Source of the DNA: Scenedesmus sp. PABB004
Lineage: Eukaryota
DNA: 64,000 nucleotides
NCBI GenBank assembly: GCA_014905635.1
Contig: JABVCE010000008.1
Coordinates: forward strand, 372,001-436,000
Direction: 5' to 3'
Shown: positions 11,544 through 27,454 of the stretch, in pieces
Position numbering within the stretch: position 1 is the stretch's first letter
Layout of the letters: every line of letters starts with the position of its first letter
Notes under the pieces: generated by a model
Databases searched by the model: none
What the model was told of the DNA's origin: nothing
The model's input: the letters and a program-made list of their open reading frames with translations, nothing else
Made by a program: the position numbers and the translations under genes

Positions 11544-14500
11544 CCCACGCCCGACCCCTGCCGCGGCCGCGCAGTACCTGCTGCTGAAGCACCTCTGCCA
11601 GGACGAGCACGCCGACGCGCCGCAGCAGCTCACCGTGGGCGCGGTGAACGCCCAGCTCAACGCCCTGGCCGCCGCGGAGAACAACAAGGGCCAGGTCTCG
11701 GTGCTGCGCGGCCTGCTGGGGCGGTGCAGCGCGGTGCAGGGCAAGTGGCTGCTGCGCGTGATCATCCGAGACATCAAGGCGCGCGCCGCCGGCGCAGCAG
11801 GCGCCGCCGCAGCCTCGCGCGCCGCCAGGCGCTGCCCCCGCTGCGCCGCCGCCGCGCGCGCCCCGCCGCGCGCTGCTCATGCCACCGTCGCCGGCGCCGC
11901 CAGATCGGCATGAGCTCGGACCGCCTGCTGGGCCTGTTCCACCCCGACGCGCTCGACCTGTACAGCATGACCACCAACCTGCGCGGCGTGTGCGAGACGC
12001 TCGCCGACCCAAACACGCGCGTCGCGCGCAAGGCGAGCTCCGCGCGGCGGCGAGCTCGCGCGCGCGCGCGCGCGCGCGCGCACGCGCCCTGCCGCGCCGG
12101 CGCGCGCGGGCGTCCGGGCGAGCGCCCCGCCGCACGGTGCGCCGCGGCGCGGCTCGCAGGACGTGGTGCCGGGGTCCTGCGTGAAGCCGCAGCTCTGCCG
12201 GCGCGCCAACAGCATCGAGGACGCGTACGCGCGCATGAGGGGCCGGCCCTTCTGCACGGAGGTCAAGCTCGACGGCTTCCGCATCCAGGCGCGCCCGCGC
12301 GCGGGGAGGGCGGGCGGGCGGGAGGAGCGGCGCGGCGCCCGCCTCCCGCGCGCGGGCCCGGCGGCCGCGCTGCGCCGACGCGCCGGCCCTCGGCGGCCCT
12401 GCGCCGCGGCGCCCCGCGCGTGCGCGTGTGCGCCGCGCGTGCGCCGCGCCGCAGGTGCACGTCAAGCCGGGGGGCGAGGTCGACTACTTCAGCCGGCGCG
12501 GGCGCGAGCACGGCAGCATGAGCGACTACAGGGTCTTTGATGACGTCATGCGCGCGCAGGCGCGCGGCCGCGGCCGCGGGCGCGGCGAACGCACAAAGTA
12601 GCAGGCCCCCGCCGCCTGGGCCCAGGGCCGGCCGCCGGCTGCGCGCGCGCGCGCGCGCGCGCGGCGGACCGCCCGCCCTCCAGCCACGCCGCCGCGCGCG
12701 CCGCGCAGGTGCCGCTGAGCCCGGACGACCAGGGCATCATCCTCGACGGCGAGCTGGTCGTCTGGCACAAGCACCGCGGCGTGTTCGAGGAGTTTGGCGG
12801 CGTGCGCTCCGCGATGCTCGCCGCGCGCGACCGCGTGAAGCCCGACCACGTGCGCGTGCCGCGCCGCGCCGCGCCGCGCGCCGCCTCGCGCCGCGCCGCG
12901 CCCACCGCTCACCGCGCCGCGCCCCGCCCGCGCCGCCGCAGGTCATCCGGTCCTCGCACGCCGGCGCCGGCGCCGTCACGGCAGACGCGGACGACCTGCC
13001 GACGGCGGCCGACGTCGAGGTGCGCGTGCGGCGGCCGCGCCGCCGCGCACCCGCGCCCCTCGGTGCTCCGTCCGACACGGCCAGCGTCCCGCCCCACGCT
13101 CCCTGCTCCCTCCCCGCTCGCACACGCTCACACACGCACACGCGCGCGCAGCTGGTGTACGTGGCGTTTGACATCATGTTCCTGGGAGACCAGAGCGTGA
13201 TCAATCGCTCGCTCAGCGATCGGCACAAGCTGCTCGCGCGCGCGGTCCGGTCGCTCCCCGCGAGCGACCCCGGCCTGCCCTGCGGCGGCAGCCCCATCCA
13301 CGGCCGCGTCGTGACGCTGCTGCCCGGCGTGCCCGTCCCGCTGCACGTGGCGTGGCGCGCCGACGCCAGCGCGGCGCCGCAGGGCGGCGCGTTTGCCGGC
13401 GCGGGCGCGGCGGGCGGCGAGCTGCCAGACATGGTCCTCTCGCGCGTCGGGCGCTCCCAGGCGGACGTCCAGGCGGTCTACGACACCGCGCTCGCGCGCG
13501 GGGTGCGGGGAGGGGGCCGCGCAGCGCCGCGCGGCCGCCGCGCTCGGCCACGCGCGCACGCCTGCATCATCACTGGCTCAACCCTAAACGCCGCGCGGCC
13601 GCCGCACCGCCCGCGCCGCCTGCGCCCGCCCCTCCCTCCCTGCGCCAGGACGAGGGCATCGTGGTGAAGGCCCTCGACGCGCCCTGGCGGCCCGACGACC
13701 GCAGCGGCGTGTGGGTCAAGATGAAGCCCGACTATGTGAGAGCGGCGCGCGGCAGGGTTTTACAACCCCTCCCGCGCGCGTGCGCGTGCGCGCGCGACCC
13801 GCCCACACACGAGCCTCCACTGCCGCCGCCTCCGCCGCCTCCGCCGCCGGCGCCTCGCCACCGCCGCGCCGCGGACGCCAGGTGGAGCTGAGCCAGGAGA
13901 TTGACGCGCTGATCATCGGCGTCTACCTGGGCGAGGGCGGCCGCGGCGGGCAGCTGTCCGAGTTCCTGCTCGGCCTGCGCGAGGGCGGCGGCCTCGGCGG
14001 CGCCGGCGGCGCGGAGCCCGTGCGCTGGTGCAGCTTCTGCAAGTGTGGCGGCGGCGGCGGCGGCGGCAGCGGCGTGCGCGCGGGGGCGCGCCGGGGCCCC
14101 GCGGTCCGCTCATGCGTGCACGTGCGCGCAATGGCGAATTGCGCAGGGTCGGCACAGGCATGAGCAACGCGGACCGCGGCGAGCTGCGGCGCCTGCTGGA
14201 GAGCCGGCTGACGCCGGCGGGGCCAGGCGTGCGGCCGCCGGCCTGCTACCGGTGCGCCCCGCCGTGCCGCTCGCCTCCTCGCCCGCCGCTGCTGCCGCTG
14301 CCGCCCGCCGCCTCACGCCGCCGCTGCCCCCCTCGCGCCGCCGCCCGCCGCGCGCCGCCGCCCGCCGCCAGGCTGTGCGGGCGCGAGAAGCCCCACTTTT
14401 GGGTGAGCGAGCCGCTGCACAGCGTGGTGGTCGAGGTGCGCGCGGACGCGCGGACCATCGTCTCGCGGCAGTACGCCGCCGACATCTGCCTCCGCTTCCC

Positions 14501-17500
14501 TCGCATCAGCAAGATCAAGTGCGCCGCGCGCTGCCGGCGCGCGGCATGCACGCAGCACGCGCAGCGCACAGCGCGCGCGAGCGGCAGCGACGAGCGCGCC
14601 GCCGCCGCCGCCGCAGGTGGGACCGCAACGCGCTGAGCGTGACGAGCTACGCCGAGCTGGAGCAGCAGGTGCAGGAGAACAAGGGCCGCCTGGCCGAGGC
14701 CAAGCGCGACCTGGAGCTGGGCGGTGCGCGCCGCGCCGCGGGCGCGCTGCACGCGCGCCGCGCCGCGCATGCCCACTGCGCTGAGGCCCGGCCGGCCCCC
14801 GCGCCCCGCAGTGCCCGTCGTGCCGCGCCGCGGCAAGCAGGCGCGGGGCCGCAACGCCGGCAAGGCCGCGGCTGCGCGCCGCCCGCCGCGGCCGCTGCTG
14901 GCACCGGGCGCGGAGCTTCCCGACGTCAGCGGTGCGCGACGCCGTGGCAGCCGCGCCCGCCGCCCGCGCGCGCCTGCTGCAGGCTGCCCCTGGCCGAGCG
15001 CTTCCCGCCGCTCACCCTCCCACCCGCCCACCCGCCCGCCCGCCCGCCTGCCCGCTGCGCAGGCGTGGAGGTGGTCACCGGGCTGCTGGCGGGGCGGGAG
15101 GTCGCATTCCTGAGCTACGCCCCCGACGGCCTGCCCGCCGCCGCGCGCGACGCGGCGAAGCGAGACCTGGGCGCCATCGTGGCGCGGCACGGCGGGCGGC
15201 AGGTCACGACGCGCGGGGCCAAGGTGCGTCGGCGCGCGCGCCCTCATCCCGCGGCGCGCGCGCTTGCTGCCGACCGCGCTCGCGCCGCCCCGGCTGAGCG
15301 GCCGCGCCCCCACCGCCGCCGCTGCCCGCCGACCTGCCCCGCCGACCTGCCCGACCTGCCCAGACCGCGTACGTCTTTGCCGCCTCGCTGAACGACGCGT
15401 ACGTCGAGGCGCTGCGCCGCCAGGAGGACACCAGCCCGCAGTCCGCGGCCGACGTGCTGAGCGTGGAGTGGCTGTGCGAGCTGGACGCGGCGAGCGAGCT
15501 GCCGCCCATCATGTGCGCGCCGCGCGGGCGCCGGCAAGCCACGCAGCGCCTGGCTGGCGCGCGACGCGCGCGCGCGAGCGTGCCCCGCCGCCGCCGCCCG
15601 CCGCCGACGCCCGCTGCGCCCTCCTCTGCCGCTCTCTCTGCCCTGCCGCGCTGCCCCCGCTGCAAGGCCGCGCCACCGGCTGTACCTCACGCACACCACC
15701 CGCGCGGCGCTGGCGGGCCGCGCGCCCGGCGGCGCCCGCGTCGCGCCGGGCGAGGCGGACGAGTGCGGCGCGCCGTTCACACTGGAGGTCAACGTGAGCG
15801 CACCGGGCCGGGGCGCGCCGCGGCGCAGCGCGGTCGGGCGCGTGGCCGCCGCCTCGAGCGCCCGTGGCTGACCCGGCCCGACCCGCCCGCGCCTCACGCT
15901 GGGGGCCCGGGCCTGCAGGCCGACGACGTGGCGGCGCTGCTCGGGCGGCTGATGCCGCACCGCGAGCTCGCTGCCTTCCAGGCGCAGCTCGCCGCGGGCG
16001 AGGCGGCGCAGCAGCGCGCGCTCGAGGCGGCGGCCAGCCTCGAGCCGGGCGCGACGCAGCTGCCGCCGGCGACGCAGGGCGCGGCCGAGGGTGCGTGGCC
16101 CGCAGGGCAGGCAGGGCTCACCTCCCACGCGGGGCCCGACCCCCCGCCGCTGCCTGCGCGCAGCGCCGCGCCGACCTTGCCGCCGCCGCCCCCGCCGCCG
16201 CCGCCGCCGCATCCGCGCGCGCAGCCGATGGAGCCGCGGCCGGCCCGGTGACGCCCAAGTCGGTGCTGCTGGATGTGCAGCGCGAGCTGCTGACCGGGAC
16301 CGACTGGTGCGACCGCGCCACGCTCTTTGCCGGCTGCCGTGTCTTCTTCCTGGAGCTGCCGCCGCCGCCGGGCGAGGCGGCGGGGCCCGAGCCGGGTCCC
16401 GGCCCCGCGCACGGCGGCGCGCCGCGCGGCGACGAGTGCGCGTGCGCGTGCGGCGACGGCGGGCCCGCGCTCACGCCGGGCGCGCTGGAGGCGCGCGCGC
16501 TCGCGGCGAGCTGGCGCGCGCGGCTGGCGGCGCAGCAGCTGGTGGACGTCCGCCTCGCGGTCATGCTTGCCGGCGGCACGGTGGCGGAGGCGTACGACCC
16601 GCAGGTCACCCACGTCGTGCTCTGGCCGCCCCCGCAGCCCGAGCAGGGGCCGGAGCAGCAGCAGGGCGCCGCCGCGGCGGCGGCGCCGCGCCGCGTGTGG
16701 CTGCCGGGCACGGCGCGCGCGTGCGGCGGTGAGGGCTGGGTGGGCGAGGACGCGGGCGGACGCCTGCAGCTCGAGCTGACGGCGGCGCAGCTGCTGCGCG
16801 CGTTGGCCGGCGCGGCCGAGGCCGCGGCGGCTGCCGCGGCCGCGGCGGCGGCCGAGGGCGCCGCGCGCGCGCGGGCGGCCAAGCGCGGCGGCGCGCGAGG
16901 CAGGGGCGCCACGCGGCTGCGCGTGCAGCCGCCGGCCGCGCCAGGCGGCGCCGCGCCCGGCACGCAGGCCGGGGGCGGCGCGGGTGGCAGCCTGCTGGAG
17001 GCGGCGGGTGCCTCGCTGGCGGTCGACGCATCGGGGCTGCCAACGCACCCGGGGCAGCAGGAGCAGGCGTGCCCCGCGCTGAGCCCCGCGGGCCTCAAGC
17101 AGCTGCGCTTCATCCGGCGGCGCCTCGCGGCGGCGCAGGAGCAGCACGGCCTGCTGGCGGACGATGAGCCGGGGGCCCACGTCCTGAGCAGCGACGGCGG
17201 CGGCACGACCGACGGCGGCGCGCCCCCGCGCCCGCGCCGGCGCGGGCTGCCGCTGCCGCCGCTGTTCCTGGTGGGCCCGCAGTGGGTCACGCACAGCCTG
17301 GCCGACCTGCGCGCCGTCGCGGGCGGCGCCGGCGACGTGGCGGAGGCCGGCTGGCTCACGCAGGCGCAGCCACGCGAGGTCGTCTGGCGGGGCAGTGAGG
17401 CCCTGTACGCACCGGCGGTGGCGCTGCCGCCCCCGCCGACGGCGGACGGGCAGCCCGGCGGCCAGGAGCAGCCGCCGGCGGCGGCGGTCGCCGGCCACGA

Positions 17501-18668
17501 CGTGCGCGGGTGGCCCTGGCAGGACGTGGGCCTGGCGCCATGGGGCGGCGGCGGCGCCGTCGGCAGCGACACGGGCGACGGTGAGCGCGGGCGGCGGGCG
17601 GCGCGGGACCGGCGCGTCGCGCGCGCAGCGCCTGCGCTGGCGCGCCATCTCACTGCCGCGCCCTGCCCGCCTGCCCGGCCCGCAGCCGGCGTGGGCTCCT
17701 GCGGCGGCTCGTCTGGCCAGCAGCCAAAGCGCTGCCGGCGCACGAGCAGCGACGACGCCAGCGCCGAGGCGGGCGCGCCGGGCGGCGGCGCGGCCGGGCC
17801 GCCCAAGCGGCGCGCCGCCGGCAAGGGCCGGGGGCGCGGCCGCAAGGCGGCCCGCAGCGACGGCGCGGACGGCGACGGCGAGGACAGCGACCGGCCCGCG
17901 CCGAGCCGCCGCGCCAGCCAGCGGCGTGGCGCGGCCATGCGGCGCGGCGGCGGCCAGGCGGACGGCGGCCACGAGCAGGCGCCCGGCTGGCTGTGCAGCG
18001 ACGACGAGGAGGAGGAGCGGCGGCGGCGGGCGCTGGATGCGGCGCAGACCGCTGACGCGGCCGCAGAGGTCGCGGCCGCGGCCGCGGCCGCGGCCGGCCC
18101 GCCCGTCAAGCGGCAGCGCCTGCCGGCAGTGCCGGTTGCAGCCGGTGCGACGGCGGCGACGACGGCGGCGGCAGTCGCTGCAGCCCCACAGGCCGGAGCC
18201 GGCGCTGGCGGCAGCCGCGGCGGCCTGAGCCTCGCGTCACTGCTGCTGTCCGGCGGCACGGCGCCGCGAGCGGCTGGCGGCGCCTCGCAGCTGCCGGCGA
18301 CACTGAGCAGCCAGGCGGGCGGCGGGCGGAGCCTTGCGGCGGCGCTGCTGCAGGCCCCGGCGCCGCTGGAGCAGCCCGCCGCGCGGCCGCCGTGGGCGGC
18401 AGGGGCCAGCAGCAGCGGTGCGCCGGCCGGCGGCAGCATGGGGCGCACGCCCCTGCTGGCGCGCCTGGGGCTGCTCGAGGACCGAGCCACCGCGCCGAGT
18501 GCCACGCCAGGCGCCGTCGCGCCCGCGCCCGCCGTGGGTGCGGCGCCCGCCGGCGGCAACGGCGGCGCCGGCGGCCAGCCCAAGCGCTCGCTGAAGGCCC
18601 TGCTGGCGAGCCACGGCATGGCCAGCGGCGGCGCCGGCGCAGACGGCAGCACCGGCGGCACGGCGTGA
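10813..18668 (+). CDS. LIG4: DNA ligase IV (NHEJ) with DNA-binding, adenylation, OB and two BRCT domains; about 21 introns
   Basis: IFRLLMP|EDSERGNYLLKE, motif I EVKLDGFRIQ, IILDGELVVW, VYVAFDIMF, EGIVVK, WVKMKPDY, VGTGMS, LRFPRI, BRCT-like LLAGREVAFL...SVEWLCEL and LFAGCRVFFL...VTHVVLW...VGPQWVTHSL. Confidence 0.93.
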
Positions 18669-18753
18669 GGGAGGGACGTCCCGCCCGCGCACGTTACCCT
18701 GCGGCGCGGGCGAATAAAACGAGGCCCCCCGAGTTGCTGCAGCAGTTGCAACG

Positions 18754-19588
18754 TCAGCGGTTGACGTCCGACGCCCCCGCGCCCGCTCCCACGCCCGCTC
18801 CTGCGCCTGCTGCCGCCGCTGCTCCCCCTGCTGCGCCGCCTGCCGCCGCTGCGCCGCCCTTGGCCGCCGTGATGCCCAGCGCGTCCAGCTCCTTGCACAC
18901 GCGGCGCTCCGCGAGCACCTGCCAGCGGGCGCGGGCAGGCGGGGCCCGGGGGCGGTCGGTCCGCGGCGATCCGCGGCGCGCGGCGGCGCGGGCGGCCGCG
19001 CGCGCGGGCGGGGCTGCGCACGCACCTGCAGCATGTCTGCATTGGGCGGCAGGTTGCACGAGCACACGACCGGCCGCCCCGCTCGCCGCGCTGCGGCAGG
19101 CGGGCGGGCGCGCCGCGCGTGAGGCAGCAGCCCGGGCCGCCGGCCGCGCGCTCGCTTGAACGCGCGCGCGCCGGCGCGCGGCGCTCGCCCCGGGCGCGCG
19201 CCCGCGCGCCGCACCTAGCCGCTGCGCCATCGCGGACGCGCCGCTGCTCGCGCCGTCGGGCAGCAGCGTCGCGACCGCAGGCGCCGCCGCGTCCTGCGCC
19301 CCCGAAGCGCGCGGCGCGGCGTCGGGTGGCGGCGCGCCTGGCGCTGCACGCACGGCGGCCAGCAGCGATGCGCGGCCGCCTGCGCTCGCACGCAGCGGCG
19401 GCGGCGCTGCTGCCGGCACGCACCGCGCGCGACTGGATCGCGAGGTACAGGTTGCCCAGCTTCGCGCCGCCCACGCCGAGCCACACGAACACCTGGGACC
19501 CCAGGTCGATGATCTGGCCGTGCAGCACCGCGTCGGGCGCGGCCTCGGCGAAGCAGACCATGCGCGCGCGCGGGGAGAGGCGCTGCTG

Positions 19589-19632
<44 letters not shown>

Positions 19633-19699
19633 GGCCGAGGCCGCCCAGCGCCGGCGCGAGCGCGTCACCGGGAGCCGGGTGCTGCTGTGGCGCCGCCAT
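18754..19699 (-). CDS. PSMG4: Proteasome assembly chaperone 4-like protein, 4 exons
   Basis: LHGQIIDLGSQVFVWLG...LGNLYLAI|...ATLL...SAMAQRL|ARRAGRPVVCSCNLP|VLAERRVCKEL matches the recalled PAC4 pattern. Confidence 0.75.
19583..19629 (-). repeat. CAG microsatellite encoding polyGln in the PAC4-like protein
   Basis: (ctg)n run on plus strand translating to EQQQQQQQQQQQQEQQ. Confidence 0.9.
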
Positions 19700-19847
19700 G
19701 GCGGCGGCCGTCGCGGCGGGGGAGCAGCAGCGGCGGCGGCGGCGGCGGCTGCGGTTGCGCTGCGAGGGCAAGGGAGGCGCGTGCGATCGATCTCCGGCAG
19801 CCGGTTCGCGGGCAAGCCACCAAAAAAAACACTCCAGGTCTGGGCGC

Positions 19848-19938
19848 GCGCCAAAAGCTCCGAGCGCGTTTGAATTCCCGCCGTCCTTCACACGCGCAGC
19901 CCCGTCCCGGCGCAGCGTCACATCGATCGACCGCCAAA
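19848..19938. promoter_or_regulatory. Cluster of E2F/DP-like sites in the bidirectional PAC4/MCM7 promoter
   Basis: GCGCCAAA 19848-19855 (TTTGGCGC on minus), ATTCCCGC 19874-19881, CCGCCAAA 19931-19938; MCM genes are classical E2F targets. Confidence 0.55.
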
Positions 19939-20085
19939 GCGCAGCGCCGCAGCCGCCAGAGCTCTCCAGCGGTTCGCGAAGGCCGCGCATCGCAGCAGCA
20001 GGCCGCGCCCGCCGCGCCCGGCGCGCGCCGCGCCGTGCCGCGCCGTCCAGGCATTAGGGCGCGTGCAGTTCGCGCCTCAGGCAGC

Positions 20086-25527
<5,442 letters not shown>

Positions 25528-25827
25528 GGGACTTCACCGTGACGCTCCCAAAGCGAGGGCATCGCCCTCGCGTGAGGAGGCGCGCGAGGCCGAGGCCGCG
25601 CGCGGGAGGCCACGGCCCGCGGCGCAGGGGCCGGCCGCGCGCGCGCGCCGCGGCGGCGGCAGCTGCGGGGGCTGTGCGCGCCGGCCGGCGCGCCGGCGCG
25701 GCGGCGGCGTGTACAGGAGTCGGGGCGGTCTGCGCCACACGGCGGCGGGGGCGGCGCGGCACTGCTGCTGAGCTGGCGGCCGCGGGGCGTGCTGCGAACG
25801 CACGCGCGCGGCGGCGGGGCGAGCGCC

Positions 25828-25832
25828 TGTAA
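25828..25832 (+). promoter_or_regulatory. TGTAA chlorophyte polyadenylation signal of MCM7
   Basis: TGTAA about 300 nt after the MCM7 stop; UGUAA is the known green-algal near-upstream element. Confidence 0.5.
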
Positions 25833-26287
25833 ACGGCACACAATCACGACATGGTCGGCTGCCCACTCGCATGAAATGGTCGCCTGCCTGGCCAACTGAT
25901 CGCTGCCGCCGATGAAATGAGCCATGTGGCATGCCCCCCCCCCCCTCAAGACCCCCCGGGGCGCCCAGGCGCATTCTTCATCACGTCAACACCTCGCTCA
26001 GAGGGACAGGCCGCACGCACAGGGACTGCCGCGCTGGCGGCCCTGGAATCACGCGCGAGCGTGCACGCCGTCTCCTCTCTTGGTGTCAGCCGCGGAGCTG
26101 CCAGCGGCAGCATGCCGCCGCCGCTGCAAGTGTGTGGTGGTCGCAACAACGCTTCTTCGCTCCCCCACCCGGCCCCGGTCGCCGGCGAACAAAACTGCGA
26201 CCGCCCGGCGCGGGTGCGCGGCCGCGCCGCCGCCGGCGCGGCGCCCGCGCCCGCCCACGTCGCGCGCGTCCTCGCGGGCCCGCCTCG

Positions 26288-27038
26288 TCACCACTTGCGC
26301 GGCCCCACGTTCTTGTCGAACCAGCCGATCACGTTGCCCGGCGGCGCGTATTGGCATACATAGATTGCGCATTGGTACGCGCAGCCCATGCGCTGCGTGC
26401 CCTTCCACACCACCTGCGTGAAGTGGCCGACCGCAGGCGACCACTGCGCGGCGCGATAGTCATATGCCTTCTCCTGCGGCGCGCGGCGGGCCGGCGCGGC
26501 GTGGCGGGGCGGGCCGGCGCAGCGTCAGCCGCACGGGCGAGCGGGGGCTGCGGCCCGCAACCAGGCGGTCGCCCGCGGGCGGCGGCGGCGCGCTGGGCGC
26601 GCGCCGCAGGCACGCGTGCCGCGGCGCCGCCGCCTGCGCAGCGCGCGGCGCCCGCCGCACCTCGCCGACCCAGGCGTCGACCACGCCGCGCCAGTTGCCG
26701 TAATTCCAGGCGAGATTCTCGCCATAGCTGCCGCCCTGGCTGTGCTTGAACTCGCAGCGCCCCGCCCACGCCGCGGCCTGCGCGGCGAGCTTGGGGTCCC
26801 AGCTCAGCGGCGGCGCGCCGTGGCGCGCGCGGTACTTGTTGGTGTGCGCCAGGAGGTCGCTCCAGGTGTTGATGCCGGCCGCGTCGGGCCCGAGCCGCGC
26901 GGCGGCGCCCGCGAGCGACGCGCCTGCCGCGCTCAACGCCAGCGCGCGCCCACCCGCCGCGGGCGCCGCCGCCAGCAGCACCAGGGCGGCTGCGGCCAGC
27001 AGCACCGCCCCCGCGGCGCGCTGTCCCCGCGCCGCCAT
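26288..27038 (-). CDS. Secreted CAP/SCP/PR-1 family protein, 2 exons (27038-26661, 26473-26288)
   Basis: Signal peptide; HTNKYRARHGAPPLSWD, YGENLA, VDAWVGE|EKAYDY, GHFTQVVWKGT, YVCQYAPPGNV. Confidence 0.93.
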
Positions 27039-27454
27039 GCCGCGCGAGGGGGGCTGCGCCTGCGGCCGGCAGCAGCGGCGGCGGCGGTGAGTGGCGCGGC
27101 GGCGTTTGCCGTCACGCCCGCTCGTGCCGCCTGTCATGGAGTTGCTGAGCTGCAAGAGCGTGCGCGCCGGGCTGCGCGACGGGCTAGGGCCGCGTGCCGG
27201 CCGGGTGCGACCATCCACCGCCGTCCGCCGGCCGCTGCCGGCAACGCGACGCCCCGCCCGCCCGCTGGGAGTGCGCCGAGCACGTTCTGAGCGTGATGCG
27301 CCGCTCAGGGCCCGGGGCACCCGTGCGTCGCCGTGCTGTTCGAGGCCTCGCGCACCTGCTCAGCCCGCGGGCCGCCGCGTGCGTGGCGTTGAGGCAGGAC
27401 GCTGGTGACACCGGTGACACTGGAGGCGCCGGCGGCTGAACGTGACACGAGCGC

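Noticed and set aside
16118..19990. Very long antisense or alternative-frame ORFs (e.g. 1290 aa at 16118-19990, 799 aa at 38979-41378 and 41742-44141)
   Set aside because: Arg/Ala/Pro/Gly-rich shadows of real genes; stop codons are scarce at this GC content, and the only domain-like stretches are true exons of the spliced genes.
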